From contig MU053629.1 of assembly GCA_013239625.1 (NCBI GenBank), forward strand, positions 4,367,567 to 4,431,566: 64,000 bases of DNA. The letters run 5' to 3'. Each line of letters starts with the position of its first letter. The stretch's first letter is position 1. The position numbers were made by a program, and so were the translations under genes. The stretch is from Lama guanicoe. Its lineage: Eukaryota. The notes under the pieces are model-generated. The model was given only the letters and a program-made list of their open reading frames with translations. It ran no database searches and was not told the origin of the DNA. Shown here one piece after another: positions 12,760 through 26,318 of the stretch.

Positions 12760-15700
12760 CTTTCTCTTATTTCTGATACTGGTAATTTATGCTTCGTCTT
12801 TTTCTTGATCGATCTCACTGGGGCTTATCAATCTTATTAATCTTTTCTAAGAATCACTTTGGGTTTTGTTAATTTTCTCTGTTAGTTGTTTCCTATCTCT
12901 TTAATTTCTCCTCTTGTCTTTTTTATTCTCCTCCTTTCATTTATTTTGAGTTTATTTTACTCTTTTTTAGAGCTTTGCAAAGCAGAATCTTAGATCATTG
13001 CTTTTAGACCTTTCTTACTTTCTAAAATATGCACTTAGACTGGTAAGTTTCCAGGAAGATTTTAGCTGCATCTCACAAATTTTGATATGTTGCATTTTCA
13101 TCATCACTCAAAATTTTTCTAGTGATTTTTTTTTCTTTGACTCGTGAGGTATTTAGAAGTGTGTTGTTTAATTTTGAAATATTTTGGGATTTTTTTAAAG
13201 TTTTCCCATTCTTACTGAATTCTAATTTAATTTCACTGGGGGCAAAGAACATACTCTATAACATGTACATCTTTTGAAATTGACTGCTACTTATTTTTTG
13301 GCCTAGGATGTAATTTATTTTGGTGTTTCATGTACACTTGAAAAGAATACGTTTATCTCACAATTGTTGGTTGTAGTCTATACATATCAGGTCAAGGGGG
13401 CTGTTGGTAACATTCAGATCTATATTCGTACTGACTTTTAAAATCGATTTGTTCTACAAATTACTGAGGGGGAATTTTAAAATCTTCAATTCTAATCAAA
13501 GATGTGTCTCCTTTTATTCAAGTATTCAAGTATAGTCAGTTGACAATGCTGTGTCAGTGTCTGGTGTGCAGCGCAATGCTTGTCATACGTGAATATACAT
13601 ATATTCGTTTTCATATTCTTTTTCACCATGAGCTACTCCAAGATATTGTCTCTTTCTTTAGTTTTCATCAATTTTGTTTCATGTGTTAACGTTATGAGAG
13701 GTGTACATGTTTATGATTTTTATGTGTTCTTGACTAATTGAGATTTTTATCCCTCTTTCTCTCCGATAATACTCCTTGTCTTGAGTCCACTTTGTCTGAT
13801 ATTAACATAGCCACCCCTCTATTTTGCTCACTGTTTACATGGCACATCAATCTTTTTGTTGTTGTGACTTCAATCTGTGTCTTTAAACCCAAAACCTACC
13901 TCATATATAGCATATAGTTTTATCTCGTTTTTAAAATCCAGTCTGATTATCTCAGCTTTTAAATTACCGTTTAGTACATTTCCATTGAATGTAATTATTG
14001 ACACGATTTGATGTAGATCAACCACTTTTCTGCATGTTTTCTGTGTTTTCCATCTCTTGTTTGTTTGTTTGTTTGTTTCCTGCCTGACTTAGGGTTATGT
14101 GGGTTTTTTTAAATCTTTAATATTCTGTTTTATTGGCTTTTAAACTATACTTCTTTGTATTATTTTCAGTGGTTGCTCTAGGGATTACAACGTGCATCCT
14201 TAAGTGACTAGAGTTTCCTGGAAGTGAATATTGTACCAGTTCATATACAACTTTGTGAGGAACTTGCAACTACAGAATTCCATTTACCTCCCAGTTCTCT
14301 GTGTTTCTGCTGTCATGTAATTTATACGTATTTAAACTACACAATATAATTTTTTTGCCTTACACAGTCAGTTGTTTTTGAGAGAAATGAAGAAAAATAT
14401 ATAGTCTTTTAGATTTACTATAGAGTCCTGAGTTTCCGTCTTGTGTCATTTTCTGTCGCCCTAAAGAACCTCCTTTAAGTGCTTCTTGTAACACATACCC
14501 TGCTTAGTGACACATTGTCTTCTTTTATCAAAAATAAAGTCTTTATATTGCCTTAAATAGAATTTGGGGTTGCCAAGTTTATTTTTTCTTTTCTTTTCTT
14601 ATTAGTGCTTTAAAGTTCCATTGTTTCTGATGAGAAGTCAGCAATCATTTGGATCACTGATTTTCCGGATGGGTCTTCCCCACTCCCCGGCCCCAGCCCA
14701 GCTGTTTTCAAGTTTTTCTCTTTGCCCTCCAGGCGTTTGATCATGATGTGTCCATGTGTGGTTTTCTTGGTCTTTATCCTGCTTGGGATTCACTGAGCTT
14801 CTAGGAGCTTTACGTTTTCCAGAAAGTTGGGAAACATTTTGGCCATTATTTCTTTAATATTTTTCTCCACATTCTTTCCTCTCCTTCTGGGACTTCATCA
14901 CATATGAAGTATTCAACATGATATTGTTCCACAGACCACTGAGGATCTATTCTTTTTTTGAGCATTTTTTCTTGCTGTTCTTTAGATTAGATGACAACGA
15001 TCGATCTCTCTTCAAGTTCACTGCCCTTTCTTTTCCTCACCCCAATCTGCTGTCAGGTCTATCTAACCAACTTTTCATTTCAGACTTTTTACTTTTCAGT
15101 TCTAAAATGTCCATTTGGTTCTTTTCTCTTTTTTTTATAGTTTTCATTTTTCAACCAAGATTTTCCATTTGTTAGTTCATTGTGATAATATTTTTTCTTT
15201 GAAATGTGTATAGTAACAGCTTTAAAGTCCTTATCTGCTTATTCTACCTTCTGGATTATCTTGACATCTTTCCTTTTTTTAAAAAAAAATACTTTATTAA
15301 GGTATGATTGACATACAAAATCTGTACCTACTTTGTATGTATAACTTGATGAGTGTGGTAAGACCATCACCACCGTCTATGCCATAAACCTCCAGGGACT
15401 GCTTCTATTGATGACTATTTCTCTCGTGTTAATAATCTTTTCCTGTTTCTTAGCATATGTAGTAATGTTTTATTATTAAGGACATTATGAATGATGTACA
15501 GAGTCTGAATTGTGTTACCTTGCTCTCAACTGTGTAGATTCTTGTTCAAGTAGGCAATTCATTTGGCGAGTTTCAACTTCCAAACTCTGTCCTTCGGGGG
15601 TAGCAGCTGAAATCTCTGCTCAGTGTTTTCAAATTGTTAACTTTGCATTTTTGCTGGGCTTCTTAGAATGTCCTCCATATACGTGTAACTCGAAGGTCAG

Positions 15701-16100
15701 CCAAAGATTTGCATGCCATTGATTTGCAAGTTTTGGATCCTGCCTTGCAACTTCCTCCTTTCTGGGGTTCCCCTTCATTCTCAGCCTTTATGAAAGCCCT
15801 AAACTCCATCCTCTTACTCCTCTAGCCAGTAAGACTGTGCCTTTCTTTTTGAATTGAAGCCACTTTGCATTTCACAGACCGAGAAGTCACAGAGCAGAGC
15901 AGAAGTCACACACACACAGAAGTCTCAACTGTAGCGCTTCCATTCTTTCAAGATCAACTCCCCTCTAGCTTCTCCTTGGTTTCAATTTATCTCAGTGCAT
16001 TCAAATATTTGGTTTTTTAAATAAATTTTATCCAGAATTTATAATTGTTATTTTCAAGAAGGTCGATCTGTTCTAAGCTACTCTACCATTACCATAATGG
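12760..16100 (-). mobile_element. Old L1 (L1M-type) block, antisense, interrupted by younger L1 3' ends (~13515-13648 and ~15270-15395)
   Basis: T-rich antisense L1 motifs ('ttttagctgcatctcacaaattttgatatgttg', 'ctgatgagaagtcagc', 'tttggccattatttct'). Confidence 0.8.
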
Positions 16101-16439
16101 TAACTAGGACATTTTTTCAGCCTTGCCATTGTATTACTTTTAACAACAAGGAAAATATTTACTGTTATCATGGTTATGTTAATTGCTCCTTTCCAATAAA
16201 TCTTAAGTGGTTATATATTTTTTAAACTTTTTTTTGCTCTATTTCTTCTTCAAATGGGACAGTAAGACAGATGAGTTCTGAATTATGTAATGCCTTCAGA
16301 GTACTGTATAAATACTTAGAATATATGTTGTAAATATAATAAGAGAAGTACAAAGAAAAGCTGTAGGAACTCAGAGGAGGAAGAGATCAGTGGTGACTGC
16401 CTAGAGATTACCTTTAAGCCAGTTTTTAAAAGCTAACAG

Positions 16440-16573
16440 GAGGGCTAGCGGGTATAGCTCAGTGGTAGAGCATGTGCTTGGCGTGCATGAGGTCCTGGGT
16501 TCAACCTCCAGTACCTCTGTTAAGGCGGGAGGAAAAGAAGAAATTTAAGAAAACAAACAAAACAAAAAAAAAA
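16440..16573 (+). mobile_element. tRNA-derived SINE (vic-1-like)
   Basis: GGGTATAGCTCAGTGGTAGAGCATGTGCTTGGCGTGCATGAGGTCCTGGGTTCAACCTCCAGTACCTC plus A-rich tail; TSD-like aaaag(c)taaca. Confidence 0.9.
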
Positions 16574-16779
16574 GTAACAAGAATTAGTACCCAGAGCTGA
16601 GAGAGCAAGAAAGAGAGAGAGAATATTCTAGAAGGAGTATTATAAGCAATGCAAAAAGGTAGGCGGTTGGAGGCTCAAGTCTTACTGGTTGTAGCTATAC
16701 ATGTAATTAATAACTTCAAAGTTTATAATGTGCACATACTGCTATATACAAAAATATGGGTAAATTTCGCACCAATTTT

Positions 16780-17060
16780 AAAAGAAAAAAAGCCAGATAC
16801 GAAAGAATACATACTGTAATAATCCATTTTTGTAAAGTTCAAAAACAGAAAAATAATGGTTGGTAATGGAATTCAGAATAGTGTTACCTTTGGGTGACGG
16901 TAGTGACTGGGAGGGAACGTGAGAGGGCGTTTGGGGGCCTTACAATCTGTTTCTCGTTCTGGAGGCTCATTACCCACAGTGTCCACTTTGTGAAAACACA
17001 TCAATTGATGACTTTATGATCTGTGTCTTAAAAAGTATATATTATTCTTCAATAAAATGC
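16780..17060 (+). mobile_element. L1ME-like 3' end
   Basis: 'aagccagatacgaaagaatacatactg…gtaaagttcaaaaacag…cactttgtgaaa…cttcaataaaa'. Confidence 0.7.
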
Positions 17061-19324
17061 TTATATGAAACAAAAATAAAACCCAGTTTCTGGTATGAAA
17101 AAAAGTTTATGGTGTGTCTCTCCATATATTAACTCATTAATTCCTTACAATGGCCACACGGAAGATTAGTGATGCTGAATTTTATGTGAAACTGAATTAT
17201 TTAAACTTGAAATACCATGATGTAAAATAATAATAATAAATTCTTGCTTTATACCCAGAGTTTGAAATAATTTAAATCCCCCCCAGTTTTTTTTTAATCA
17301 TTTTCTTTCAAAGTCGGTTCAATCTGAGTGAATTGAAGATATATGTAAGCTGGTTTCCACAGGGAGGCACCACTTGAGTAAATTAAAATACCCTGTGTTA
17401 TTGAGGATATGAGTTTAGCAAGTGTAACAAATAATAGTGATTAAACAGGACAGTAGTGTTTCCTCATGTCACAGTTGGAGCGGAGCACTCTGCGGCTGAC
17501 ATGGCAGCTCTGTAATGTCAGGCACCCGCGTACTTCCCATGTTACTGCTCCGTCCTCCTGTGCTCTAAGACGGCTGCTAGGCTCCCCACACCTTCTCTGC
17601 ATTCCAGTAGAACCACTACGATTCCTATACTGCTGGCCAGAACCTCCCCACAAAGACACTGAAGCTACAAGGGGGCCTGGGAAATGCTGCTTCTGGCTGA
17701 GCAGCGCACCGAAGGTCCCCCAGCAGTCTCTGCCTTCCCTGCCATTCTTTGTCTGGCTGTCATGAAAAAAAAAAGTTAAGAATATCCCCATTTTACAGAA
17801 GATAAAACTGAGACTCAGAGACGGTAAATGACTTAACTTCTGCACATTGATAATTACATGACAGAGCTAGGACTCAAATCCAGTGTTCCAAGCCCAGGAT
17901 TCTTGCTTTTACGCTACAGCAGCCTCTCCAAGGAGGTTTTCTTCTAGCTTCAAGAATGCTGGTAATGCCTAGGCTGAGAGAAAGTGAGGCTCCTACTGTA
18001 TCTAAGTTAAACAGCACTTGGAAAGGAAAGAAGTGAGATAGGGCTTTACTATGAGGACATCAGGGTGGAGCTGATGATCTGAGCTCTGTTTGGCTCAAAA
18101 GGTTCAAGAACTCAGGAAGCAAGAAAAAAGTGGGCTATAAAGCAGTGATGTGCATTTTAGTTGTGCTTTTGAATTAAAAGTCAGATTAGGCATGTGCTCT
18201 AGCCATTTCCCAGTCCAATTTTCAGTTTCCCCATCCATCAGATGAGGAGGAGGGCGGGGGCAGGGTTTGCTGCATGTGGCTGTGCAGGTTGTACACAATT
18301 GCTTAAATTCACCAAGCAGGAGATTCTGGAACACAGTAAAGGGTGCAGCGTGGCTACAAGCCTAACCCCTCCCCAGCCCTCAGAAATACTACTGGCAAAT
18401 TCTCAGAATGTTGGGATTCTCAGAAATACTACAAAATCTGGACAGAAGACAACCAAACAGGCATTCCTATCTTTTCCCTCTTCCTACAAGGAGACTTGAA
18501 AGAAACAAGTGAAATTGGCAAGTGAATAACGTGTCTGATTCTTCCTGAGAGAAGTGAAGTCTTCAGGATTCCACCAAAGTGTCCCAAAGTCCTGGCGGTG
18601 GCGGGTGGGGAGGGATGGCCTCATCCTCAACTGGGCAGACCAAGCCCTGATACATCTCAGGAAAGGGAGGAGAGGCTACATGTTTTAACAAAGACTGCAT
18701 ATGTCCTAAAACGGAGGCTTCCCTCATCTACGCCCTCAGGTAACAGAAAGGTGAAGAAAACCCTGAACACCCAGTTCTCAAGTGTAGCTGGGAGAGAAAA
18801 CACCCTGGTACCACAGTGGGGGATGGGGTACAGCATCAGAGCAAGTGGGAGCGGCCCAAGTACGTACAAGAGAGAAAGAAACGATACGGTCCCTACTGAT
18901 CTATTGCATACGCATCAGTATTTCACCCACAGCTAATAAAAGAAAGGGAGGTGAGGAGGGAGGGAGGATCACGGGCTGCAAAAGACAAAGCTTAACCCAG
19001 GAAAGAACATAACTCAAGACACAGAAGGAATTTTCTCACAATTTCTTCACATTCTAGCACAGCTTGATAGGAACATAAATTAAGTAAAACTAGAGCTCAA
19101 CCATGAGATGATACAAGAGCAGAATGAGATAAAAAGGGAGGTTGCAGGCAGAAGGAAATCAATTGAATACCAAAATATTTTATGGAACTAATAAATAAAC
19201 TATAAATACAAAGAACAGAACCGACACTGCTGAATATTGAAATACTGACACGGAGAAAAGACTGTAAGCACAGAAAATGCAGAGGGAGAAAGAGGAAATT
19301 AATTAGAAGTTAGTAGATACGCAT

Positions 19325-19790
19325 GCTAGTTTGTTACAGGCTAAGTTGCGCTAACAAGGAAATCCAAAAATATAATGCCTTAAATAAAGTAGTTCCTTTT
19401 CACTCACAAAACAGTCCACAGGTGAGAAGTCCCGGGCTGGCAGGACCTCTTCCAGGAAGTCTTCCAAGATATGGTTCCTTCTGTCTTGATGCCCTATCAC
19501 CTCCTCATTCCTGTGCTTACAGGACATTCTCATTTCAATGGTTGAAGCTGGCTCCTCCCCACACCCATGTTTCTGTCCACAGGAAGGCTACCAACAGCCC
19601 AGGGCAAGGGCAAGCACTTTAAAGAGATGCCCCAGGGGTTACACACCACTTCTGCCACATCTTATTGGCCACTTGTCTACATTTAGCCACAGGGGACACT
19701 GGGAAATGTGGTCTTTAACCGGATAGCCCTGTGCTCAACTAAAATTCAGTGTTCTAATCTAAAAGAACCAGGAGAGAATGAATAGTCAGG
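19325..19790 (-). mobile_element. MaLR (MLT1-like) LTR, inserted in an old L1 5'/ORF1-like region (~19000-20500)
   Basis: 'ggctaagttgcgctaacaag…gccttaaataaagtag…ctcac…gggaaatgtggtcttt' pattern typical of old MLT1 LTRs. Confidence 0.55.
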
Positions 19791-20584
19791 AACCACATTA
19801 TGGAAGGTAAAGATGAGCCAACATTTAAGGACACTCGATTGTCACCCACAGAGAGAACTCAGCAAACAATCGAGAACATGGATTCAGTGCCGTAACGCAA
19901 GAACGCGTTCTGGAAGTGAAGAAAGAACTGAATCTGCAGGTGGAAAGAAAACACTGAATCCCAAGAAATTTTGATTTAGAATACTTAACATAAGGGTATT
20001 TCCTAGTTAAACACCTGAACTTGAAAGTCAAAGAATCTTTCAGACATCCAGGCAGAAAAAAAAATCACCTGGAAGGGGTTAAAAAGAATCAGGCTGGCAT
20101 CTGATTTCACGATATTCATTGTAGAAGACAATGGTGCAATGTCCACAGAGTTTTGAGAAAAGAAAGGATGACCCCAGATGTAATTCAAGTATCAAGGCTC
20201 AGGGAAGTATTTTACACTCGTTGGAAAGACTTGCTTGATAACCGAAGCCAGGTATTATAAAAACCCATCAAAATAAAGAACTCAAGCACAGAGAAGCCAT
20301 GACAGAAGGACTGCTGATGAGCACTGGATCCATTTACACGTAGAACTAATACTAAACAATCATAGCAGTGATGGTTTCAAAACAGAACGTGGCTATTATA
20401 AATCTGGACGGTGTGAACATAATAATATAACAAACAGAAATCAGGAGGTGAGGGAGAGAAGATGGGAGTAGCAAGAAAGTTCTAATGTTCTCATCTTTTG
20501 AAGATGTAATATGTCATCCAAAATAAAAATGTGGTGGAAAAAAAATCCAAGTGTTTTTTATAATCACCTTTATTTAACAATGGA

Positions 20585-20768
20585 GCAGGGGTCCAGAAAC
20601 TGCTGCCTGAGGGCTGACCACCTGTATTTGTAAATAAAGTTTCATTGGAACACAGATTCACTCATTAATTTCCATATCATTTATGTTACTTTTCAGCTAT
20701 AAAAAGAGACCTGAACCACCTAAAATATTTACTGTCCGGCCCCTTTAGAAAAAATTTGCCAACCCATG
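20585..20768. mobile_element. MER58A-like hAT-Charlie MITE
   Basis: 'caggggtccagaaact…tttgtaaataaagtttcattggaacacag…ggcccctttagaaaaaatttgccaaccc'. Confidence 0.75.
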
Positions 20769-21685
20769 CAGAAGAATCTTTTTTAACTCACAGGAATCTC
20801 GTGGTAAAGAAATATTATTTGAGGCTCAATAATTTGTTGGGTTTCACTCGGCCTTTTTCCTTCCTATTAAATTCATGTCAAATTAAGTTTAATAATGTAA
20901 TATAAATCCTATTTTTATAAAACAATGTATCAATCATTCCAAAGATGTTAGGGATAATGGATCGCCTAATGATATTCGGTATGGTTTCTTAAACTTTCAT
21001 CTTCGTGTTTTTCTGCATTATTTGGAATCTATAATGAACATATATCATTTCTACCAGAATAATAAAACAGAACGGTTGTTCTGTTTGAAAACACAGGAGC
21101 AAATATACCAAGATGTTAACAATGATTAATTCTGGCTGTCAGCAGTACCATTGCTGCTTTCCTTCTTTAAGCTTCTCTGTATTTTTTAAATATTGAAAAA
21201 CTTTTAAGCTATTATAGAAGATTTAGGCATAGAGTGATAGAGTTGTGAATTATAGTTTTGGAAACAGTTCATGAGAAGTACCAGACAGCAGGGACATTTT
21301 TCTGTTTTTAATATGATTCTTTTACTAGTGGTATACAAACTGCAAAGCATGGTTCAGCCTAAAATATAAAGCGTGACATCAAACAGAAGCCAGAGAAGCA
21401 GATGATATTCGAATTCTGTTAGGTGGTCAGCACATTCACAAAGCTGGTTTCTTTAATTTGCATGAATCGGAACCTACCTTTCCAGTCTCATCCCCCACCT
21501 TACCCTCCTGCTATACACAAACACACCCCAGCCACAAAGTACCCTGCACCTTCAGTGAAATCTTCATGCATTTGTGTCCTATTTTGCTTTGTCGCCACCA
21601 TTCTTCCTGCCTACAATTGCATCCTCTTCTCCACGTGATGTAATTCATTGCTTCTTTTAAGACGCAATTTAAATATCCCTTACTG

Positions 21686-21868
21686 CAGTACGTCTCAACC
21701 GTAGCTGCACATTAGAATCACCTGGGGAGCTTTATAAAAATACCGAGGCCCAGGCTCCATCCAGCACAGAGATTCTGATTTAACTGCCCAGGGTTGGGGC
21801 CCAGGCAGCAGTATTTTTAAAAAGCTCCCTGAGTGATTCTAACATCCAGGCAGGGCTGAGAGTCACTG
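21686..21868. mobile_element. MER5A-like hAT-Charlie MITE
   Basis: 'tctcaacc…gctgcacattagaatcacctggggagcttt…gattctgatttaa…aaagctccctgagtgattct…gctgagagtcactg'. Confidence 0.85.
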
Positions 21869-22178
21869 CCATGCCTTCTGTGACACCAGCAGGCAGAGTT
21901 AATCACTCCCTCTCCTGAACTCTCATAGCTCTTAGATTTTTCCAGTGCTCACAAAATTTAATGCTTATTGTATTAAAGTTAGTGTTATATAGGTGTAGTA
22001 AGTGCTCAGTAAACACTGGAGGTTGTTACCGCCTTTCTCTTTCCAACCAAGCATGCGCAGAAGCGGTTATCCTCACCATGGGAACCGGACAGCAGAGTGG
22101 ACTCGCGTGTGGTACCCACAGACACTGGCTGCAGGATTTCCTTCGATAAGCTTGCCAGGATGTCATCCCTCCATGCCT

Positions 22179-22208
22179 ACACACACACAAACACACACAC
22201 ACACACAC
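22179..22208. repeat. (CA)n microsatellite (interrupted)
   Basis: acacacacacaaacacacacacacacacac. Confidence 0.9.
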
Positions 22209-22399
22209 TCCCCTCGTTGCATTTCAGCATAGCCCTAGCCCTTGGGTCCAGCTTTCACATCGTTGAGATGGATGCAGTTTAAAGAATTAAAGAAACCAGT
22301 GTTAATAATGCGCTGACTGCCTGACAATCCGAATTATCATCTGCCTTCCACCTTCTCCTTGGTGTCACACTTTACGTTGAGTTTTATGTTGGCTCTCGC

Positions 22400-22545
22400 A
22401 ACTTGAGCGTTCAAGAGCACGACTGTCAGGTGTACCTTGTCAAAGGCTTTCAGAAAATCCAGATGAACAATTCTGTGAGCCCCGAAACTGCCAAATCTAT
22501 ATCTTACGCCTTCACAGTGCTTGACAATTTTATGTAAGCGGAATC
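22400..22545 (-). mobile_element. Ancient CR1/L3-like LINE reverse-transcriptase remnant
   Basis: Minus frame reads IVHLDFLKAFDKV (22433-22471), close to the CR1-clade RT motif (V/I)YLDFSKAFDKV. Confidence 0.6.
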
Positions 22546-24106
22546 TTTCTTTCTTCCTTCGATTTACCTTTGCCTCCCCGACCCTGAGATCAATCAGACA
22601 ACGAACGGGAGACCCTTCAGTGTTTGATACTGAATAGCCTCGTCTGTATTTGTGCCACGTCTGGAACACAGCGCACTGGGTGATTAGCCCAGCCTCCTGG
22701 ATTTGGAGGAGCTCCTGGGAGCTACTCCTGTCTGGAAGTGAGGTCCGGAGAGGAGAGCTGAGGATGAGGGAAAGAGACCACGGGGGGATCAGCAAGGTCC
22801 ATGGTAACACCATGTGCACACCCCCTCTCATCAAGGCAAGACCCGTAGCTCCGCCCTTTCTGCAAACACGAACAATCTTCTCTTTCCTGTCTAAAGTCCT
22901 GTTTGTAATCACTTTAAACTGTCCTCACCAAACATCGCCAAAGAATTTGGTGTCCATGGGATGGTAGTTCTTATAGTTTCCCTTAAGTACCACATCCTGC
23001 CAGTGGGGCCCTAAAACAACTTTGTTCACAGACATTTCCTAGCCAGCAGATATTTATTTTGTAAAAGGATTTCCTCCCCCGAGGCTTGATGAAAGGTCAA
23101 GACTTTCTTTATCCTTAAGGTCACCACAACCGTGATGAACAATAGATGTGCCACAACTGAGTCCAATGGCAAATTTCCCTAACGCAAAACAAGATTAATC
23201 TTAAAATTTGATCATCTTTGCACATCCAGTCACTCTGTGTGACCTGAGACTAACCTACCAACCTTTCTGACTTGGTTCTTTATTAGTTAAATAGCAAACC
23301 ATTACCTAGTTCCTTTGGAAGTTATGCAAATTAATGCTGGAAAAATGACTGGAAAATTTAAATCAGTGTATAAATACCAAACAGTTCCATCTTCCCTGCT
23401 GAGAGGGCCCAGGTAATTCATAACCTCCTATAATAAAGGTAAAAATAGTGTGCTTGGGCTATACAATTAAATGTGATTTATCTGCAATGCATATAATCTT
23501 TGAAATCCAGAAACCACTGAATAGAAACAATTCATATTTCATAATTATAATAAAAGGATTTAATGACTTTAGGAAAAGTAATCCTCTACTGTAAGTGATC
23601 TAAACATCATGTCTTTAACCATTTCTCAGATCTGCAAGAGTCTACTCAGAGTTCGTCCTGAACCTGTTAATGTAGACATATTTATCTTTAAATTCTCCCA
23701 GTTTTTTTTTAATCCTCAAAGCCCTTAATGTGTATTTCCTAGAAAATTCGCCTGTACAAAACTTTGCTGTATTCAAAGCCTCCTCTGTCAAGATTTAGCG
23801 CTTTTATATTGTAGTCATTAAAATTGAACAAAATCTTAATAGTTCCTTTATTAACTACTATACTGACTCTCCATAGTGGAAATCGCAACATGTTAATTGG
23901 ATTTAATTAACTATTTTAAATTACACAAACTCGTGACAGTAGACAAGAGCACAGGGTACTCATGAGCAATAAAACGGGAGCTTATATTGCTACTTGATTA
24001 AAACTTAATGAAACTATTCATAATCTTATTTATTGTTTACAAGAAGAAAACTGTGTTCATTTTGATGGCAAAAATGTCTGCTGAAAACCAATTTTTGATC
24101 ATTTAG

Positions 24107-24227
24107 GTGAAGGCTCCGAAGTTAATAAAAGGGTCCACCGTATCCAACCTCACGGTTCTGCCAGCTTCTCACCGCTCAGATCCCTATTTCACCCCCATGC
24201 CAGTCTTACAAGAGGATGCCAATAAAG
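24107..24227 (+). CDS. IQCH: IQCH internal coding exon (121 nt): [40 protein letters not shown](G)
   Basis: Acceptor tttttgatcatttag|GTG and donor AAAG|gttagt; the peptide matches the IQCH segment 'KLIKGS…LTVLP…DPYFTP…PVLQ' as I recall it. Confidence 0.92.
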
Positions 24228-25879
24228 GTTAGTGATTCAGTCACCATTTTATGTGTTTAGGAACACAAGGGAGAGAGCACTGAGGTGGGACTTGGGGCCC
24301 GAGTTTGCATTCAGACTCAGCCACTAATTCTCCGAGGTGACCTCAGGCAGGTCAAGTCCTCACTCTGGCCTGAGTTTCCTTCTCTGTGAATCTGAAGGTT
24401 GGACCAGATGATCGCTGGAGTCCCTTCCCACCACTAAAAACCATCATTCTATAAATTTACTGTTGATTTCGATGCCGGTGTTAGTACATAATGAAATTAT
24501 TATTGTGTTTAAGTGATATCACTATAATTTTTCAAGCTTCCGAGCAGATGGTTTTTGATGTTTTTCTAGTAGCACGTAAAAATTTTATTTCAATATACTA
24601 TTATGCAAAAATACGAAGCCAGAATTAATGTAATGAGCATTTAAACTATGCATGTCTCGTCTAAATACCAGGTTTGTGAAGCCAGGGAAGATCTCGTTTT
24701 TAAGCCAAAGGTCATGTCATCTTTATCTCAGCATCCCCAGTGCTTAGAACCATAGTTAGCATTTTGTAGATACCAAATGTTGGTTGAATGAATAAGCAAA
24801 TGAAAGAGTAAGTGGGTAACAAGGGCTGAGCATCGTAAGTCTATCCCTCTGTACCTCTCCTTGCTACTTAATTGATCGACATGTTAAAGAAAACCTAAGT
24901 GGACCCTCCTCTGTATCTCAACTATGACCAAGTGAGACGACCTTTAATTATTTCTTCCTCATTTTCTGTTGTCTGGAGTATTTTGGACCTACAGATGGTT
25001 CCCCAGGGGTCTTCTGGTACTTGAAGATGTAAAAGCCTCCATCTTGTAGCTCCTGTATCCTGTCTGCTGACCTGGTGGTGGAGGTGCAGCAAAACTCAAG
25101 AGAACCCAGCATCATTATAAGTCTCGTAATTTATTAAACATCCCACAGCTGTAACAATGAACCTAGTTGTGAACCGTTATTGTTCAGAAATCTTTGGGAC
25201 TCCTGTCTTTAGTTAGTTTACGTCATATTTACTCTCCAGGAAAACTCCAGCAGAGTTCCATTGCTTGCTTTAATACCATCTCACATTGTTCCTGGGTCAA
25301 ATTAGGATGAATAAAATAATGAATCAGTGAATCAAATCGACCTATTTATTCTTGCTCTAGCAATAGACACAATAAAAAAAATTGCTGCAAACCAAGGTAA
25401 ATCTAGAACCGTGGTAACTTGGTCCAGAAAAACATCACATTTCCATCCCTCAATTGTCTACCAGAGAACACATGCCTACCATAATATTTGTGATTAATCA
25501 ACCAATTAATCAAAGCATATTTACTGAGTGCTTGCCATATGTCTGGTAGGGTGTGAGGTAACATGAATGCCAGGAGAGCATAAGCCACAGAAATGTAGAT
25601 ACAATGTCCAGAATTTCACATGTCCTGATGCTCTTAACTGTCAGTTACGTCAGCCCAGATCTACACAAGTCCTGCATGTGCTGAAAGATTAACAACATCC
25701 AGAAGAGAGAATAGTTTTGGAAAATGCATGGCAAACTTCTCTACTTTTTCTTGAATTATCTTGCTAAATCCAATGAAAGCTTTTCCCCTCTCCCCCCACC
25801 AGTAGTGAAGAATATAAGTCTCATAATAATAAACCAAATTATCAATTCAGGCTCTGTGTGACCTCGGACAAGCTGCTCT

Positions 25880-26255
25880 CTGATCTCAGAATAAAGTCTA
25901 CAGTCTATAAACAAGGCATGCCTGACCTGGCCTCACCTCCATGCTCCTCTCACTCTGCTTCTCTGCAGAGCCTTCTCTCTGTTCCTTATCAGGCCAAGCA
26001 CTTTTTTTACATCAGGCCTTTACAAGCGCTTTTACCTCTGTCTGTAAAAGTCATTTCCTCAAGCATCTGTCTTTTTCCTTTATGGATGATCACAATTTGT
26101 GGTTATATATTTATTTGTGAATTTAATGTCTTCTCCACCACCAGAGGCTCCAAGAGGCCTGTCTGGCTCACCAATGAATCCCCAGACCCCAGGATAGTTC
26201 CTGACACATAACAGGCACTTAAATATTGGTTGAATGAATGACAGATGAATGAACT
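25880..26255. mobile_element. L2 LINE 3' fragment
   Basis: 'cctgacacataacaggcacttaaatattggttgaatgaatga' L2 3' terminus plus upstream L2-like sequence. Confidence 0.7.
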
Positions 26256-26318
26256 TCTAATTGCTAATTTAGTCAACAGGAAAGTAAGAATGTTATGAAC
26301 ATTTCAATGAGATAATGG

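Noticed and set aside
16450..16515. tRNA-like sequences with A/B boxes (also ~1780-1850, 11685-11755, 43550-43625, 61610-61680)
   Set aside because: Each has an A-rich tail and TSD and lacks an intact acceptor stem: SINE copies, not tRNA genes.
22052..22062. NRF1-like GCATGCGCA motifs (also ~8258, ~44876)
   Set aside because: Partial isolated matches outside CpG islands; expected by chance.
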